From Mycobacterium sp. (GTDB lineage: Bacteria > Actinomycetota > Actinomycetes > Mycobacteriales > Mycobacteriaceae): a stretch of 64,000 nt of DNA. Location of the stretch: NCBI RefSeq assembly GCF_035314665.1, contig NZ_DATFZD010000137.1, positions 4,617 through 68,616 of the forward strand. The letters are read 5' to 3'. The translations under genes and the position numbers were made by a program. The notes under the pieces are model-generated. The model was not told where the DNA came from. It did no database searches and was given only the letters and a program-made list of their open reading frames with translations. Below are positions 49,635 through 61,591 of this stretch, piece by piece; the first letter of the stretch is position 1, and every line of letters starts with the position of its first letter.

Positions 49635-50657
49635 ATGAGCGGATCGCACCGCCGTAAACCGCGGTGGTCGTTGTGGTTGCTCAGTCTGATAGCAGTGCTG
49701 GGGCTGAGCCTGGCAACGGCCCCCGCCCAGGCGGCGCCATCGACGCCGCGGCCGCTCGACGCTCTGGCCGCGGTCGGACAGGTAGGTCCGACGATCGTCG
49801 ACATCGACACCCAGATGGAATATCAGAGCGCCGTGGGCGCCGGAACCGGCATCGTGATCGGTCCGAGCACGATCCTGACCAACAACCACGTCATCGCCGG
49901 CGCTACCAGCCTCAACGTGAGGTCCATCGGCAACGGTCAGACGTTCCCGGGCACGGTGATCGGCTTCGACCGCAGCCATGACATCGCCGTAGTGCAGCTT
50001 GGCGGAGGCGGACTACAGCCCGCCAACATCGGCAACTCCGACTCGGTTAGGGTCGGCGAACCGATTGTCTCGATGGGCAATGCCGGTGGTGCCGGCGGAG
50101 CCCCCAGCGCGATCGACGGCCGCGTCATCGGATTGAACCAGACGGTATCGGCGCACGACGCCCTGACCGGCAGCACCGAGACACTGAACGGATTGATCCA
50201 GGTCGACGCCGGAATACGCCCCGGCGACTCCGGCGGGCCCACTGTCAACTCCGCCAACCAGGTGATCGGCCTGAACACCGCCGCGACCGACAACTTCAAA
50301 CTGGGTCACGGGCAGGGTTTCGTGATCCCGATCAATCGGGCCATGGCCATCGCCGGGCAGATTCAGGGCGGTGGTGGGCCGTCGGTGCACATCGGTCCGA
50401 CGGCCTTCCTCGGTGTCGGTGTCAACGACGCCGAGGGTGGTGCCGGCGCCGTGGTCAGGCAGGTGATCCCGAACGGTCCTGCCGCCGGTGCCGGCTTCGC
50501 ACCCGGGGACGTGATCACCTCGATCAACGGCCAACCCGTCAACTCGGCCACCGCGCTCACGGCCATCCTCGATCAGCACCACCCCGGTGACAATGTCACC
50601 GTGCGGGCTGGCGGTCGGAGCGCCAACGTGACGCTCGGGGATGGCCCGCCGGGCTGA
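49635..50657 (+). CDS. pepA: Secreted HtrA-like serine protease with PDZ (Rv0125)
   Basis: Signal peptide, TNNHV, DIAV, GDSGG, C-terminal PDZ. AGGAGG RBS. Confidence 0.9.
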   Translation: MSGSHRRKPRWSLWLLSLIAVLGLSLATAPAQAAPSTPRPLDALAAVGQVGPTIVDIDTQMEYQSAVGAGTGIVIGPSTILTNNHVIAGATSLNVRSIGNGQTFPGTVIGFDRSHDIAVVQLGGGGLQPANIGNSDSVRVGEPIVSMGNAGGAGGAPSAIDGRVIGLNQTVSAHDALTGSTETLNGLIQVDAGIRPGDSGGPTVNSANQVIGLNTAATDNFKLGHGQGFVIPINRAMAIAGQIQGGGGPSVHIGPTAFLGVGVNDAEGGAGAVVRQVIPNGPAAGAGFAPGDVITSINGQPVNSATALTAILDQHHPGDNVTVRAGGRSANVTLGDGPPG

Positions 50658-50744
50658 CCTGAACACCGCAGCTTGCGTGGCTGCTCTCAATTCGTTTGGC
50701 GTGCATATGGTTTGCGATAGCACGCCTCGGGTAAGTGTAAACTC

Positions 50745-52520
50745 GTGGACTTGACGAGCGACAGAGATGACACCGTCGAGCATGATCCCGCCGAGGGAAG
50801 TCACGTCGAGGACGGCGTAGTCGAGCACCCCAGCGCCGACGACTTCGCCGACGCCAGGGAACTGCCCGCCGATTCAACCTGGTTCAAGCATGCGGTTTTC
50901 TACGAAGTGTTGGTCCGGGCGTTCTACGACTCCAACGCCGACGGATTCGGTGACCTGCGTGGCCTGACCGAACGGATCGACTACCTGCAATGGCTGGGTA
51001 TCGACTGCATTTGGCTGCCGCCGTTCTACGACTCGCCGCTGCGCGACGGCGGCTATGACATCCGCGATTTCTACAAGGTGCTGCCGGAGTTCGGCACCGT
51101 CGACGACTTCGTCGAGCTCCTCGACGCCGCGCACCGGCGCGGCATCCGGGTCATCACTGACCTGGTGATGAACCACACCTCGGATTCGCACGCCTGGTTC
51201 CAAGAGTCGCGCCGTGACCCTGACGGACCATACGGCGACTACTACGTGTGGAGCGACAGCAGCGACAAATACCCGGACGCGCGGATCATCTTCGTCGACA
51301 CCGAAGACTCGAACTGGACGTTCGACCCGGTGCGCCGCCAGTTCTACTGGCACCGGTTCTTCGACCATCAGCCCGACCTGAACTACGACAACCCCGATGT
51401 TCAGGAGGCGATGCTCGACGTCATGCGGTTCTGGCTCGACCTCGGTATCGACGGGTTCCGGCTGGACGCCGTGCCCTACCTGTTCGAACGTGAGGGCACC
51501 AACTGCGAGAACTTGCCGGAGACGCATGCGTTTCTCAAGCGCGTCCGCAAGGTGGTCGACGACGAATTCCCGGCTCGGGTGTTACTTGCCGAGGCCAATC
51601 AGTGGCCCGGCGACGTCGTCGAGTACTTCGGTGATCCCGAGACCGGTGGCGACGAGTGCCACATGGCGTTCCACTTTCCGCTGATGCCGCGCATCTTCAT
51701 GGCGGTGCGCCGGGAATCGCGTTTCCCGATCTCGGAGATCATGGGCCAAACACCGCCAATCCCAAAGATGGCGCAGTGGGGCATCTTCCTGCGTAATCAC
51801 GACGAGCTGACCCTGGAAATGGTCACCGACGACGAGCGCGACTACATGTACTCCGAATACGCCAAGGATCCGCGGATGAAGGCGAATGTCGGCATCCGCC
51901 GCCGGCTGGCCCCGCTGCTGGAGAAGGACCCCGATCAGATCGAGTTGTTCACCGCGCTGCTGCTGTCGCTGCCCGGCTCCCCGGTCATCTACTACGGCGA
52001 CGAGATCGGTATGGGCGACGTCATCTGGCTCGGCGATCGCGACGGGGTGCGCACCCCGATGCAATGGACGCCGGACCGCAACGCCGGGTTTTCCACGGCC
52101 AATCCCGGCCGGCTGTACGTGCCACCCAGCCAGGATCCGGTCTACGGCTACCAAACCGTGAACGTCGAGGCCCAACGCGACACCTCGACCTCGCTGCTCA
52201 ACTGGACGCGCACGATGCTAATGGTGCGGCGCAGACATGAGGCATTCGCGATAGGTACGTTCGAGGAAATGGGTGGATCCAACCCCTCAGTACTGGCCTA
52301 CGTGCGCGAAGCCGACCACGACGTGGTCCTTTGCGTCAACAACCTGTCGCGTTTCCCGCAGCCCATCGAATTGAACCTCCAGCACTGGAGCGGCTACACG
52401 CCGGTCGAACTGACCGGTCGGGTGGAGTTCCCGCGCATCGGCCAACTGCCTTATCTGCTGACACTGCCAGGACACGGGTTCTACTGGTTCGAGCTGGCAG
52501 AGTCGCAGGAGTCGCAATGA
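50745..52520 (+). CDS. treS: Trehalose synthase / maltose alpha-D-glucosyltransferase
   Basis: GH13 motifs [31 protein letters not shown]. Confidence 0.96.
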   Translation: MDLTSDRDDTVEHDPAEGSHVEDGVVEHPSADDFADARELPADSTWFKHAVFYEVLVRAFYDSNADGFGDLRGLTERIDYLQWLGIDCIWLPPFYDSPLRDGGYDIRDFYKVLPEFGTVDDFVELLDAAHRRGIRVITDLVMNHTSDSHAWFQESRRDPDGPYGDYYVWSDSSDKYPDARIIFVDTEDSNWTFDPVRRQFYWHRFFDHQPDLNYDNPDVQEAMLDVMRFWLDLGIDGFRLDAVPYLFEREGTNCENLPETHAFLKRVRKVVDDEFPARVLLAEANQWPGDVVEYFGDPETGGDECHMAFHFPLMPRIFMAVRRESRFPISEIMGQTPPIPKMAQWGIFLRNHDELTLEMVTDDERDYMYSEYAKDPRMKANVGIRRRLAPLLEKDPDQIELFTALLLSLPGSPVIYYGDEIGMGDVIWLGDRDGVRTPMQWTPDRNAGFSTANPGRLYVPPSQDPVYGYQTVNVEAQRDTSTSLLNWTRTMLMVRRRHEAFAIGTFEEMGGSNPSVLAYVREADHDVVLCVNNLSRFPQPIELNLQHWSGYTPVELTGRVEFPRIGQLPYLLTLPGHGFYWFELAESQESQ

Positions 52521-53836
52521 ACCTGCCGTGGTCTGAATGGCTTCCCCAGCAGCGCTGGTATGCCGGGCGAGCCCGGGAAATCGCCAGCGCGCAGACGGGC
52601 CACGTCGTCGCGCTGAACGATGGCCTTGACCTGGTGCTGGTCGACGTCGCTTACACCGACGGTTCGGCGGAGCGCTATCAGGTGCTGGTCAGCTGGGACA
52701 CCGCCCCGGTTCCCGAGTACACCACTGTCGCCACCATCGGTACCGACAACGACCGCACCGCCTATGACGCGCTGTATGACCCGCCGGCGGCCCAATTCCT
52801 GCTGTCCCTGATCGAGGAGTCCGCGGTTCGTTCCGATGTGGCATTCGCCAAGGAGCCGGAGGTCACCCTTCCGTTGGAGGCGGCGCCACGGGTGTCAGAC
52901 GCCGAGCAGAGCAACACCAGCGTGATCTTCGAGCGAGATGCCATCCTGAAGGTATTCCGCCGCGTCAGCACCGGCATCAACCCTGATATCGAGCTGAACC
53001 GGGTGCTCGGACGGGCCGAGAACCCACATGTGGCCAGACTGCTCGGCAGCTACGAACTGAATCACGGTGACGCCGAAACCAACAGCCCGCTCGGCATGGC
53101 GACCGAGTACGCGGCCAACGCGGCCGAGGGCTGGGCAATGGCCACCGCCAGCGTCCGCGACCTGTTCGCAGAGGGTGATCTGTACGCCCACGAGGTCGGC
53201 GGCGATTTCGCCGGCGAGTCCTACCGGCTCGGCGAGGCCGTCGCGTCAGTGCACGCCACGCTCGCCGAAGCCCTCGGCGCGTCGCAGGCCCCCTTCCCGG
53301 TCGACACCATGCTGGCGCGGTTGTCGTCGACGGTCGCCGCGGTATCCGAACTCCAGCAGTACGCGGAGACGATCGAGCAGCGCTTCCAAAAGCTGGCCGA
53401 GCAGACCATCACCGTGCAACGGATACATGGCGACCTGCATTTGGGTCAGGTGCTGCGCACGCCGGAGTCCTGGCTATTGATCGACTTCGAAGGTGAGCCC
53501 GGTCAGCCGCTGGAGGAGCGCCGCGCCCCGGATTCTCCGTTGCGTGATGTGGCCGGCGTGATGCGCTCGTACGAGTACGCCGCCTACGGACCACTGGTCG
53601 ACCAGTCGACCGACAAGCAACTCGCCGCGCGCGCACGAGAGTGGGTGCAGCGCAACCGCGCAGCGTTTTGTGACGGGTACGCGGCCGCGTCCGGCGTGGA
53701 TCCGCGTGATTCGGAGCTGCTGCTGGCCGCATACGAACTGGACAAGGCGGTGTATGAGGCCGGTTACGAGTCGCGGCACCGGCCCGGCTGGCTGCCCATC
53801 CCACTGCGGTCGATCGCCAAGCTAATAGGCAATTGA
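52517..53836 (+). CDS. mak: Maltokinase (Pep2)
   Basis: [27 protein letters not shown]. Coupled to treS. Confidence 0.94.
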   Translation: MNLPWSEWLPQQRWYAGRAREIASAQTGHVVALNDGLDLVLVDVAYTDGSAERYQVLVSWDTAPVPEYTTVATIGTDNDRTAYDALYDPPAAQFLLSLIEESAVRSDVAFAKEPEVTLPLEAAPRVSDAEQSNTSVIFERDAILKVFRRVSTGINPDIELNRVLGRAENPHVARLLGSYELNHGDAETNSPLGMATEYAANAAEGWAMATASVRDLFAEGDLYAHEVGGDFAGESYRLGEAVASVHATLAEALGASQAPFPVDTMLARLSSTVAAVSELQQYAETIEQRFQKLAEQTITVQRIHGDLHLGQVLRTPESWLLIDFEGEPGQPLEERRAPDSPLRDVAGVMRSYEYAAYGPLVDQSTDKQLAARAREWVQRNRAAFCDGYAAASGVDPRDSELLLAAYELDKAVYEAGYESRHRPGWLPIPLRSIAKLIGN

Positions 53837-53903
53837 TATGAGTGCCGTTTGAGTTGTAGCCGCCGCGCTGCGGGTGTTGCGGTTCGGGTGAAAACATGTC
53901 GGC

Positions 53904-54584
53904 ATGCTCCGTGAGACATTCGACAGTGAGGCGCGTTTGTCGTGGGTGCTGGCCGCGCTGGCCGGGGTGCTGGGAGCGACGGCATTTACCCACTCCGAGG
54001 GATACTTTGTGACGTTCATGACCGGCAATGCGCAACGCGCTGTGCTGGGCTACTTCCGGGACGACGTGAGGCTATCGGTTTCTGCCGGCGTTCTCATGCT
54101 GTGCTTCGTCGCCGGCGTGGTGGTTGCTTCAGTGTGCAGGCGGCATTTCTGGGTGGCGCATCCGCACGGACCGACCGTGCTCACTACCCTGAGCCTGTTG
54201 GCCGCTACGATATTGGGCCTCATCGACGACGGGTTGCAAGAGGTTAACCTTGACTTCGCGCCAATTATGTTGGTGGTCTTCGGCGTTGGTGCTCTGAACA
54301 CATCGTTCGTCAAGGACGGCGAGGTGTCGGTGTCGCTGAGCTATGTGACCGGCACGCTGGTCAAAATGGGGCAGGGCATCGAACGCCACATCGCCGGTGG
54401 AAACGTGACGGATTGGCTCGGCTACTTTCTGCTGTTCGCCAGCTTCGTCGTGGGCGCCGCTTTGGGTGGCTGTATCAGTTTGGTATTCAACGGGACCGGG
54501 ATGCTGATAGCCGCCACGATCGTCTGCGCGTTGACGACCGGCTACACCTACTTCCACCAGGACCGCCGCGCCTTGCTGGATTAG
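53904..54584 (+). CDS. YoaK/DUF1275 membrane protein (Rv0128-like)
   Basis: FVTFMTGN and SYVTGTL repeats, TM helices, synteny. Confidence 0.85.
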   Translation: MLRETFDSEARLSWVLAALAGVLGATAFTHSEGYFVTFMTGNAQRAVLGYFRDDVRLSVSAGVLMLCFVAGVVVASVCRRHFWVAHPHGPTVLTTLSLLAATILGLIDDGLQEVNLDFAPIMLVVFGVGALNTSFVKDGEVSVSLSYVTGTLVKMGQGIERHIAGGNVTDWLGYFLLFASFVVGAALGGCISLVFNGTGMLIAATIVCALTTGYTYFHQDRRALLD

Positions 54585-54599
54585 TGCGCCATACAAAGA

Positions 54600-54638
54600 A
54601 CATCGGCAGCAGCGCTGGGGGTGCGCTGCTGCCGATGT
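54600..54638. terminator. Bidirectional hairpin between convergent Rv0128-like gene and fbpC
   Basis: Perfect 16-bp stem ACATCGGCAGCAGCGC / GCGCTGCTGCCGATGT. Confidence 0.75.
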
Positions 54639-54652
54639 GTGCGGAGGGTATG

Positions 54653-55666
<1,014 letters not shown>

Positions 55667-55850
55667 TCATTTGCCGCAGTACGCGGTCGAATAGCTTTCG
55701 GAGGCAGTCAAACACAGCGCGCGGCTGACTCCCGTTTGCCGCCTCGGGGTGTGACATCGCGGTTGGCTAACGATTAAGCGTCAGCGCGGACTCAAAGATA
55801 ACGATTGGGAATCGTTGGCCTGTGGCCATTTACAGCGTGGGTGACCTTGC

Positions 55851-56672
55851 TCAGGAGACCAGGCGACGTAAAAGTGTTGACGCAGTGCAGATTCCGAGCA
55901 CCGCGGCCACCACCAAAACGGCGATGTCGGCCGGGTTGAACGGTGTGCCGATCAGCAGCGCACGCAGCGCGTCGACCTCGTAACTGAGCGGGTTGACCCG
56001 GCTGAGCAAATGCAGCCAGGCGGGCATCACGTTGACCGGGTAGAGCGCGTTGGACGCGAAGAACAACGGCATCGTGATGGCTTGGCCGATGCCCATCAGC
56101 CGATCGCGACTCCGGACCAGGCCGGCCAACGTCATCGACAGGCACGCGAAGAACGCCGCACCCAGCATGACGACGCCCATCGCGGCCAGGATCCGCAGCG
56201 GATTGATGGTCAGCCCAACGCCCATCAGATAGGCCAGCGCCAACACACCGACGACCTGCGCCACCGAGCGCACACCCGCCGCGAACGACTTACCGGTGAT
56301 CAGCGCCGAAGCCGGCGCGGGCGTCACCATCAGCTTGGCGAGGATGCCGGCGTCCCGGTCCCAGATGATCTGTATGCCGTAGAAGATGGAGATGAACAGC
56401 GCGGATTGCGCGATGATGCCCGGCGCCAGGAAGGCCAGATACGACACCGAGCCGGTGTTGATCACGTGCAAATGGCTGAACGTGGTACCGAAGATCAACA
56501 GCCACAGCGCCGGCTGCACCATCCTGGTGACAAGTTCGGTGCGGTCGTGCTGAAGCTTCTGCAATTCGACGATCGCGAACGCCCCGACGCGACCCACCGT
56601 TGCGCAGACGCGTTGCCAGCCACGGGGAGCCTGGACCAGGGTTACCTCGATAGCGCGTTGGTCAACCGGCAC
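55851..56672 (-). CDS. ABC-2 transporter permease
   Basis: QPALWLLIFG, FLAPGI, NPLSYEVDALR. Start uncertain. Confidence 0.85.
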   Translation of the reverse strand: MPVDQRAIEVTLVQAPRGWQRVCATVGRVGAFAIVELQKLQHDRTELVTRMVQPALWLLIFGTTFSHLHVINTGSVSYLAFLAPGIIAQSALFISIFYGIQIIWDRDAGILAKLMVTPAPASALITGKSFAAGVRSVAQVVGVLALAYLMGVGLTINPLRILAAMGVVMLGAAFFACLSMTLAGLVRSRDRLMGIGQAITMPLFFASNALYPVNVMPAWLHLLSRVNPLSYEVDALRALLIGTPFNPADIAVLVVAAVLGICTASTLLRRLVS

Positions 56673-57483
56673 GACGGGCAACCTTTCTGCTGGAACGGAT
56701 TTCACTGAAAGCTTCGGAAGATTCTGTCTGCTGCGACAAGTCGGACGCGGCGTAGTGGCGGAACACGTCCTCGAGCGTGGCCGCGGGCGACAACGTCGAC
56801 TTCAACTTCGTCGGCGTTCCCACGGCCCGCAACTCACCGCGATGCATCAACGCCACCCGATCGCACAGTGCGTCGGCCTCTTCCATGTAGTGGGTGGTCA
56901 GCAGGACGGTCATGCCGAATTGTGTCTGCATGGTCTGTACTTGGCTCCAGACACCTTCCCGGGCAATAGGATCCAGCCCGACGGTGGGTTCGTCGAGCAC
57001 CAGCAGCGACGGGCGGTTGACAAGCGCTTGGGCCACCTCGAGTCGGCGCACCATGCCGCCGGAGTAGGTCCCGGCGAGGCGGTGGGCCACGTCGAGAAGT
57101 TGCATCGCGGCCAGCGCCTGCTCGACGCGTTGGGCGCGCTGGTCGCGCGGCACGCCGTACAGCCGCGCGAACCACTCCACGTTTTGTTTGCCGGTCAGCG
57201 CGGGCTCAATGGAAAGCTGTTGTGGCACATAGCCGATATTGCTTCGGACATCGACCGTCTGATGACGCGAGTCCAAGCCGAAGATGCGCAGCTGACCGTG
57301 CTGGACCGGCGTCAGCGTCGTGAGCATGCGCACCAACGTGGTTTTGCCGGCCCCATTGGGCCCGAGCAGGCCCATGGTCTCGCCGGGCCGCACCTGCAGC
57401 GTCACGTCGTCGACGGCGGTGAACTTGCCGTAGCGATAGGTCAGGTGCTGGCAGTCGATGGCCGGGGGTAGCAGTTCGCTCAT
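56662..57483 (-). CDS. ABC transporter ATP-binding protein (DrrA-like)
   Basis: GPNGAGKT, YSGGM, LDEPT. Confidence 0.92.
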   Translation of the reverse strand: MSELLPPAIDCQHLTYRYGKFTAVDDVTLQVRPGETMGLLGPNGAGKTTLVRMLTTLTPVQHGQLRIFGLDSRHQTVDVRSNIGYVPQQLSIEPALTGKQNVEWFARLYGVPRDQRAQRVEQALAAMQLLDVAHRLAGTYSGGMVRRLEVAQALVNRPSLLVLDEPTVGLDPIAREGVWSQVQTMQTQFGMTVLLTTHYMEEADALCDRVALMHRGELRAVGTPTKLKSTLSPAATLEDVFRHYAASDLSQQTESSEAFSEIRSSRKVARRAG

Positions 57484-57932
57484 GATCGTCGCTCCTGGAG
57501 TAATCGTGTCATCGTGTCGAGAACCTCCAATCCCTTTGCCAGAGACGCGATTTGGTCGTTGTCTAGTTCGCCGAGCACCTCGGACAGCAGCGCTCGCCGT
57601 GCCGCCCTGGATGCGTCGACGATCTGCTGGGTGGGCGCGGCGAGGGCGAGCTCGCCGACGCGGCGATCGGTGGCTCCGACGCTGCGGGTGAGGAAGCCGC
57701 CGGACACCAGCTTGGACACCAGTGTCGAGGCGGTGTTGGGCACCAATCCGAGTTCGGCCGCGGCGGCGCTGACCGATATGCCCGGGTTGCGGCCCACCAG
57801 CCAGAGCAGCTCCGACTGCGACTCGGTGAGTCGCGCGGAATCAAAACCGCGGCCGACCGACCTTCGAAGTTGGCGGCGGAATCTGCCGACGATCCGGAAG
57901 ACCTCGGTCGCTAAATCGGTGCTTACCTGCAC
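57480..57932 (-). CDS. MarR family regulator
   Basis: Winged HTH (SVSAAAAELGLVPNTASTLVSKL) and DRR motif. Confidence 0.85.
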   Translation of the reverse strand: MQVSTDLATEVFRIVGRFRRQLRRSVGRGFDSARLTESQSELLWLVGRNPGISVSAAAAELGLVPNTASTLVSKLVSGGFLTRSVGATDRRVGELALAAPTQQIVDASRAARRALLSEVLGELDNDQIASLAKGLEVLDTMTRLLQERRS

Positions 57933-58006
57933 CTACCCGACAATACCTCTGTTTACGAGCTATATATTGGTGCGAGCTGTGGAGTGGTTATGCGTCGATA
58001 AGCGGG

Positions 58007-58504
58007 CTAACGCACGACGCGGTGCAGCCGCACGTCGGTCAGGTTGCCGTCGCGGACGGTCGCGGTCATGTACGTGCAGGCTGGTTGCCGGCGGCGATCC
58101 GTCGGCGACCCGGGGTTGAGCAGCCGCAGGCCGGTACCGGTAGTGGTGTCCCACGGAATGTGACTGTGGCCGAAGATCAACACGTCGCTATCGGGGTAGT
58201 GCTGCGACATCCGTTCCTCCCGGCCGGCCGCGCCGCCGGTCTCGTGGACAACCGTGAAGTGCAGCCCGCCCAGCAGCACGTCCGCGCGTTCCGGCAACCG
58301 CGCCCGCAGCGCCGGTCCGTCGTTGTTCCCCCAACACGCCACCAATCGCGTCGCCCGTCCCGCCAGCGTGTCGAGCAACTCGGGCGTCACCCAGTCGCCG
58401 GCATGAAAGACGACATCAGCCTGCGCCACTTCGTCCCATACCTGTGCGGGCAGATCGCGGGCGCGTCGCGGCACATGAGTATCGGCAAGCAGTAACAGCC
58501 TCAT
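58007..58504 (-). CDS. YfcE-like metallophosphoesterase
   Basis: ADTH, HAGD, GNND, GHSH, NPGS. Confidence 0.9.
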   Translation of the reverse strand: MRLLLLADTHVPRRARDLPAQVWDEVAQADVVFHAGDWVTPELLDTLAGRATRLVACWGNNDGPALRARLPERADVLLGGLHFTVVHETGGAAGREERMSQHYPDSDVLIFGHSHIPWDTTTGTGLRLLNPGSPTDRRRQPACTYMTATVRDGNLTDVRLHRVVR

Positions 58505-58598
58505 TTGGTCATCTTGCAACAGGATGCTGGCAACGACCCCGGGCGCCACCGCGGTGATCGCGGCACTATACGTTTGCACCTGAGCAGAGGAGAACAGA

Positions 58599-59054
58599 AT
58601 GCGCACTTTCGAATCAGTTGCCGACCTCGCCGCCGCCCAGGGTCAAACCATCGGACAAAGCGACTGGGTGACCATCACCCAGGAAGAGGTCAACCTCTTC
58701 GCCGATGCGACCGGGGATCACCAGTGGATACACGTTGACCCGGAACGGGCGGCGAAAGGCCCGTTCGGCAAGACCATCGCCCATGGCTTTATGACGTTGG
58801 CGCTGTTGCCCCGGCTCCAGCATGAGATGTACACGGTCAATGGCATCAAGCTCGCGGTCAACTACGGCCTGAACAAGGTTCGCTTCCCCGCCCCGGTGCC
58901 GGTCGGGTCGAAGATTCGTGCGCAAAGCTCGTTGGTCGGGGTCGATGACCTTGGCAACGGCGCCGTCCAGGCGACGGTATCGACCACCGTGGAGATCGAG
59001 GGGTCGGACAAGCCGGCGTGTGTGGCCGAGAGCATCGTCCGTTACATCTCGTAG
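58599..59054 (+). CDS. htdZ: MaoC-like (R)-enoyl-CoA hydratase (Rv0130)
   Basis: FADATGDHQWIHVD, IAHG, NYGLNKVRFP. Confidence 0.88.
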   Translation: MRTFESVADLAAAQGQTIGQSDWVTITQEEVNLFADATGDHQWIHVDPERAAKGPFGKTIAHGFMTLALLPRLQHEMYTVNGIKLAVNYGLNKVRFPAPVPVGSKIRAQSSLVGVDDLGNGAVQATVSTTVEIEGSDKPACVAESIVRYIS

Positions 59055-59063
59055 GCGCCGGCC

Positions 59064-59969
59064 GTGGACGCTGAACTGGCATCCTGGCTGGCGGCCGGGC
59101 AGCACTTCGACTACCTCGGCTTTGACATCTTCTACCGCACGGAAGGCAGCGGGCCTCCGCTATTGCTGATCCACGGCTACCCGTTCAACTCCTTTGACTG
59201 GGCACCGATCTGGCCAACGATCACCCAACGCTTCACCGTCATCGCACCGGACATGATGGGGATGGGCTTCTCGGCTAAGCCGGTCGCCTACGAATATTCG
59301 GTGCACGACCACGCCGACATGCACGAGGCGCTGCTGGAACACCTGGGAATCGGTAACGCGCACATCATCGCCCATGACATCGGTGACTCCGTGGGACAGG
59401 AACTGTTGGCCCGTCACGAGTTTCGTCAGCCCGCTTATGGTCAATTGAGCATCGACTCGATCACCTGGCTCAACGGCGGCATGTTCGTCGAGACCTACAC
59501 GCCGCGCGCGGCGCAGAAGCTGATGTCCCGGACTCCGTTGGGGGACATCTTCAGTCACGTGCAGGGTAGCCCGCTATCTCGCCGGTTGCTGGAACCGACG
59601 CTGCGCGAGATGTTCGGCCCCAACACCAAACCGACACGGCACATGATGGACGTGTTCAACCAGATCTTGGATTACAACGACGGCCGCCGGGTGCTGCACA
59701 AGGTCGGCCGGTTCATCAACGACCGCTACACGCATCGGAATCGTTGGGTGCGCGCGATGCGGCAAACCAAGGTTCCGATGCGGTTGATCGACGGGCCGAT
59801 CGACCCCAACTCGGGTGCGCACATGGCGCGCCGTTACGCCGAGGTGATACCCCACCCCGATGTGGTGATGCTCGCCGACGACATCGGGCACTGGCCGCAA
59901 CTCGAAGCGCCCGATGCGGTGCTGACCCACTTTTTCGCGCACATCGACCGCGTCACCGAAGGCTCTTAG
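59064..59969 (+). CDS. Alpha/beta hydrolase (MEST/epoxide-hydrolase-like)
   Basis: HGYP, AHDIG nucleophile Asp, GHWPQLE. Confidence 0.88.
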   Translation: MDAELASWLAAGQHFDYLGFDIFYRTEGSGPPLLLIHGYPFNSFDWAPIWPTITQRFTVIAPDMMGMGFSAKPVAYEYSVHDHADMHEALLEHLGIGNAHIIAHDIGDSVGQELLARHEFRQPAYGQLSIDSITWLNGGMFVETYTPRAAQKLMSRTPLGDIFSHVQGSPLSRRLLEPTLREMFGPNTKPTRHMMDVFNQILDYNDGRRVLHKVGRFINDRYTHRNRWVRAMRQTKVPMRLIDGPIDPNSGAHMARRYAEVIPHPDVVMLADDIGHWPQLEAPDAVLTHFFAHIDRVTEGS

Positions 59970-60519
59970 GCCTGGCGGACGCCCACCGCTGATTCGAGTT
60001 CGATCGGCGCCTTCTCGGTGAGCGCGGTCAGCGCGGCGATGTCGGGAACCGCGTCGCGCCCCGCGACATAACCGGACCGCGAAGGTGCGATATCGGCAAA
60101 TTGTATCCGGTTCGTGGGTTTGCGGCCCTTCACCTGCCGGACGGTGACATCCGAAAGCGGCGGTGGCTGAACGAAGAATCCTTTCGGCTTTTCCAGCCAT
60201 CCCTTGTCTCCGTAGAACTCCAGTGCCGCGACGACTTCGCGGTCGATCCGCGCAAACGCACGCGGCTGGCTGACCGGGCGGCGCGCCTTCAGACCCATCA
60301 GACGATCTCATCGCGAAGAGCCTGCCCTGTCAGAGCGATAGTCGGCCGAGCGATGGGTAGCTCATCGGGTGTGTCGTTGCGCGACTTCAGCAACGATTGA
60401 GCAACGAAGCGACCGCTTCGCACGAGCGGGGTAAGCGGCTGGACGACGCTACTCAGCACCGCACCGGGCGGGCTTTGATGCCGGTGCCGGCGAGGGTCGT
60501 CGCTGGAGGGTAGCGCCAT
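59966..60519 (-). pseudogene. Frameshifted, truncated remnant of a conserved mycobacterial hydrolase-like gene
   Basis: ...ALRDEIV / MGLKARRP... joined by a one-base slip at ~60300. Recognisable similarity ends at ~60120. Confidence 0.55.
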
Positions 60520-60553
60520 GGCGGCAGACGTTAAGACCCCTGCAAAGGTCGTG

Positions 60554-60640
60554 GTAGGGACTTACGTCCCGCCGAAGGTCACCAGGTATGCGACACCCCA
60601 ATAAAGGTCGAATGTTGCAGTGACGCAGGACTTTAGTCAC
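60554..60640. promoter_or_regulatory. Two DosR-like boxes
   Basis: GGGACTTACGTCCC (60557-60570) and AGGACTTTAGTCAC (60627-60640) versus consensus GGGACTWWAGTCCC. Confidence 0.6.
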
Positions 60641-60700
60641 TCGTCGCAGCTAAGGAGCCGTCATAGCGTTGAGAAGTCAAATCGATAAAGGAGACAAGCA

Positions 60701-60964
60701 ATGACGCAAGCGCCACACAAGGCCGAGCCACGCTGGGCCGAACTATCCGATGACGTCCTCGAGTCACTCGAGGCCGGCCGGAAGAAGGGCATCGAAGCCA
60801 TCCGTAGCTTCGTCGATGAAGTGACTTCAGTGGTCGAGGGAGAGTCGCGGCGCAAGACCGTTATCGACGCTGCGTTGAAATTGGCTGAAGAGCTGGTCAC
60901 CACCCGGATCGAATTCATGCGCGGTGTCGTGCGAAGTGCCGGCGAGGCGGTGAACAAGAAGTAG
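60701..60964 (+). CDS. Small amphipathic helical hypothetical protein (87 aa)
   Basis: AAGGAG RBS, own terminator, helical periodicity. Confidence 0.75.
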   Translation: MTQAPHKAEPRWAELSDDVLESLEAGRKKGIEAIRSFVDEVTSVVEGESRRKTVIDAALKLAEELVTTRIEFMRGVVRSAGEAVNKK

Positions 60965-60988
60965 CCCATCACCTCCTGCCAAAACGGC

Positions 60989-61021
60989 GGCCGTCCACAG
61001 TCCCCTCAACTGTGGACGGCC
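60989..61021 (+). terminator. Intrinsic terminator hairpin
   Basis: 13-bp perfect stem GGCCGTCCACAGT / ACTGTGGACGGCC followed by a T-rich stretch. Confidence 0.75.
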
Positions 61022-61063
61022 ACACTTCGTTTTCCGCGCTGAGGACTGGCAAAGGCACAAGAC

Positions 61064-61591
61064 GTGACCTTCGACCCTCGCGAACGGCCAGACTTGTCGC
61101 CGACACTGCACAGCATGACCACATCCGACGACACCGCCCGAAGCTGGCGGGACCTGGCCGACGCGCTCACCGCCGCCCAGATCACGCAACTCGAGCGGCT
61201 CGAACGCGACGAACCGCAGGCCCTGCTAAAAACGGCGCAGCAGTGGGCGGCCGAGAACACCACTGCCGCAGAGCGATTCGACGAGGTTGCGCCACCCGCC
61301 AGTGCGGTGCGCACATTCGGCTGGCAGCGTGACGGCACCTGGTTCCGCGATTTCGCGGGCACCATGCGGCCCGCCGGGCAGGCCCGCGTTCAGGTGTTCG
61401 GCCGACAGCGAGCCGACGGCTCGGTACGTCGGTGGATCACCGTGCACACCAGACATTTAGATGCGCTCGATGCGGCAGCGGCCCGCACACTGGCGGCTGC
61501 GCTGACTGACGCGGCCGACGAGATCGAGCGGCTCAGTGTGGACGATCCGCCGCCTCGCCAGGCGACGTCGGTGCCGGAACTTTGCGACTAG
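61064..61591 (+). CDS. Hypothetical protein
   Basis: WRDLADALT... and LDAAAARTLAAALTDAADEIERL patterns. Start uncertain. Confidence 0.6.
   Translation: MTFDPRERPDLSPTLHSMTTSDDTARSWRDLADALTAAQITQLERLERDEPQALLKTAQQWAAENTTAAERFDEVAPPASAVRTFGWQRDGTWFRDFAGTMRPAGQARVQVFGRQRADGSVRRWITVHTRHLDALDAAAARTLAAALTDAADEIERLSVDDPPPRQATSVPELCD

Noticed and set aside
57940-57968. Imperfect inverted repeat upstream of marR
   Set aside because: Plausible autoregulatory site, but too degenerate and single-copy to assert.
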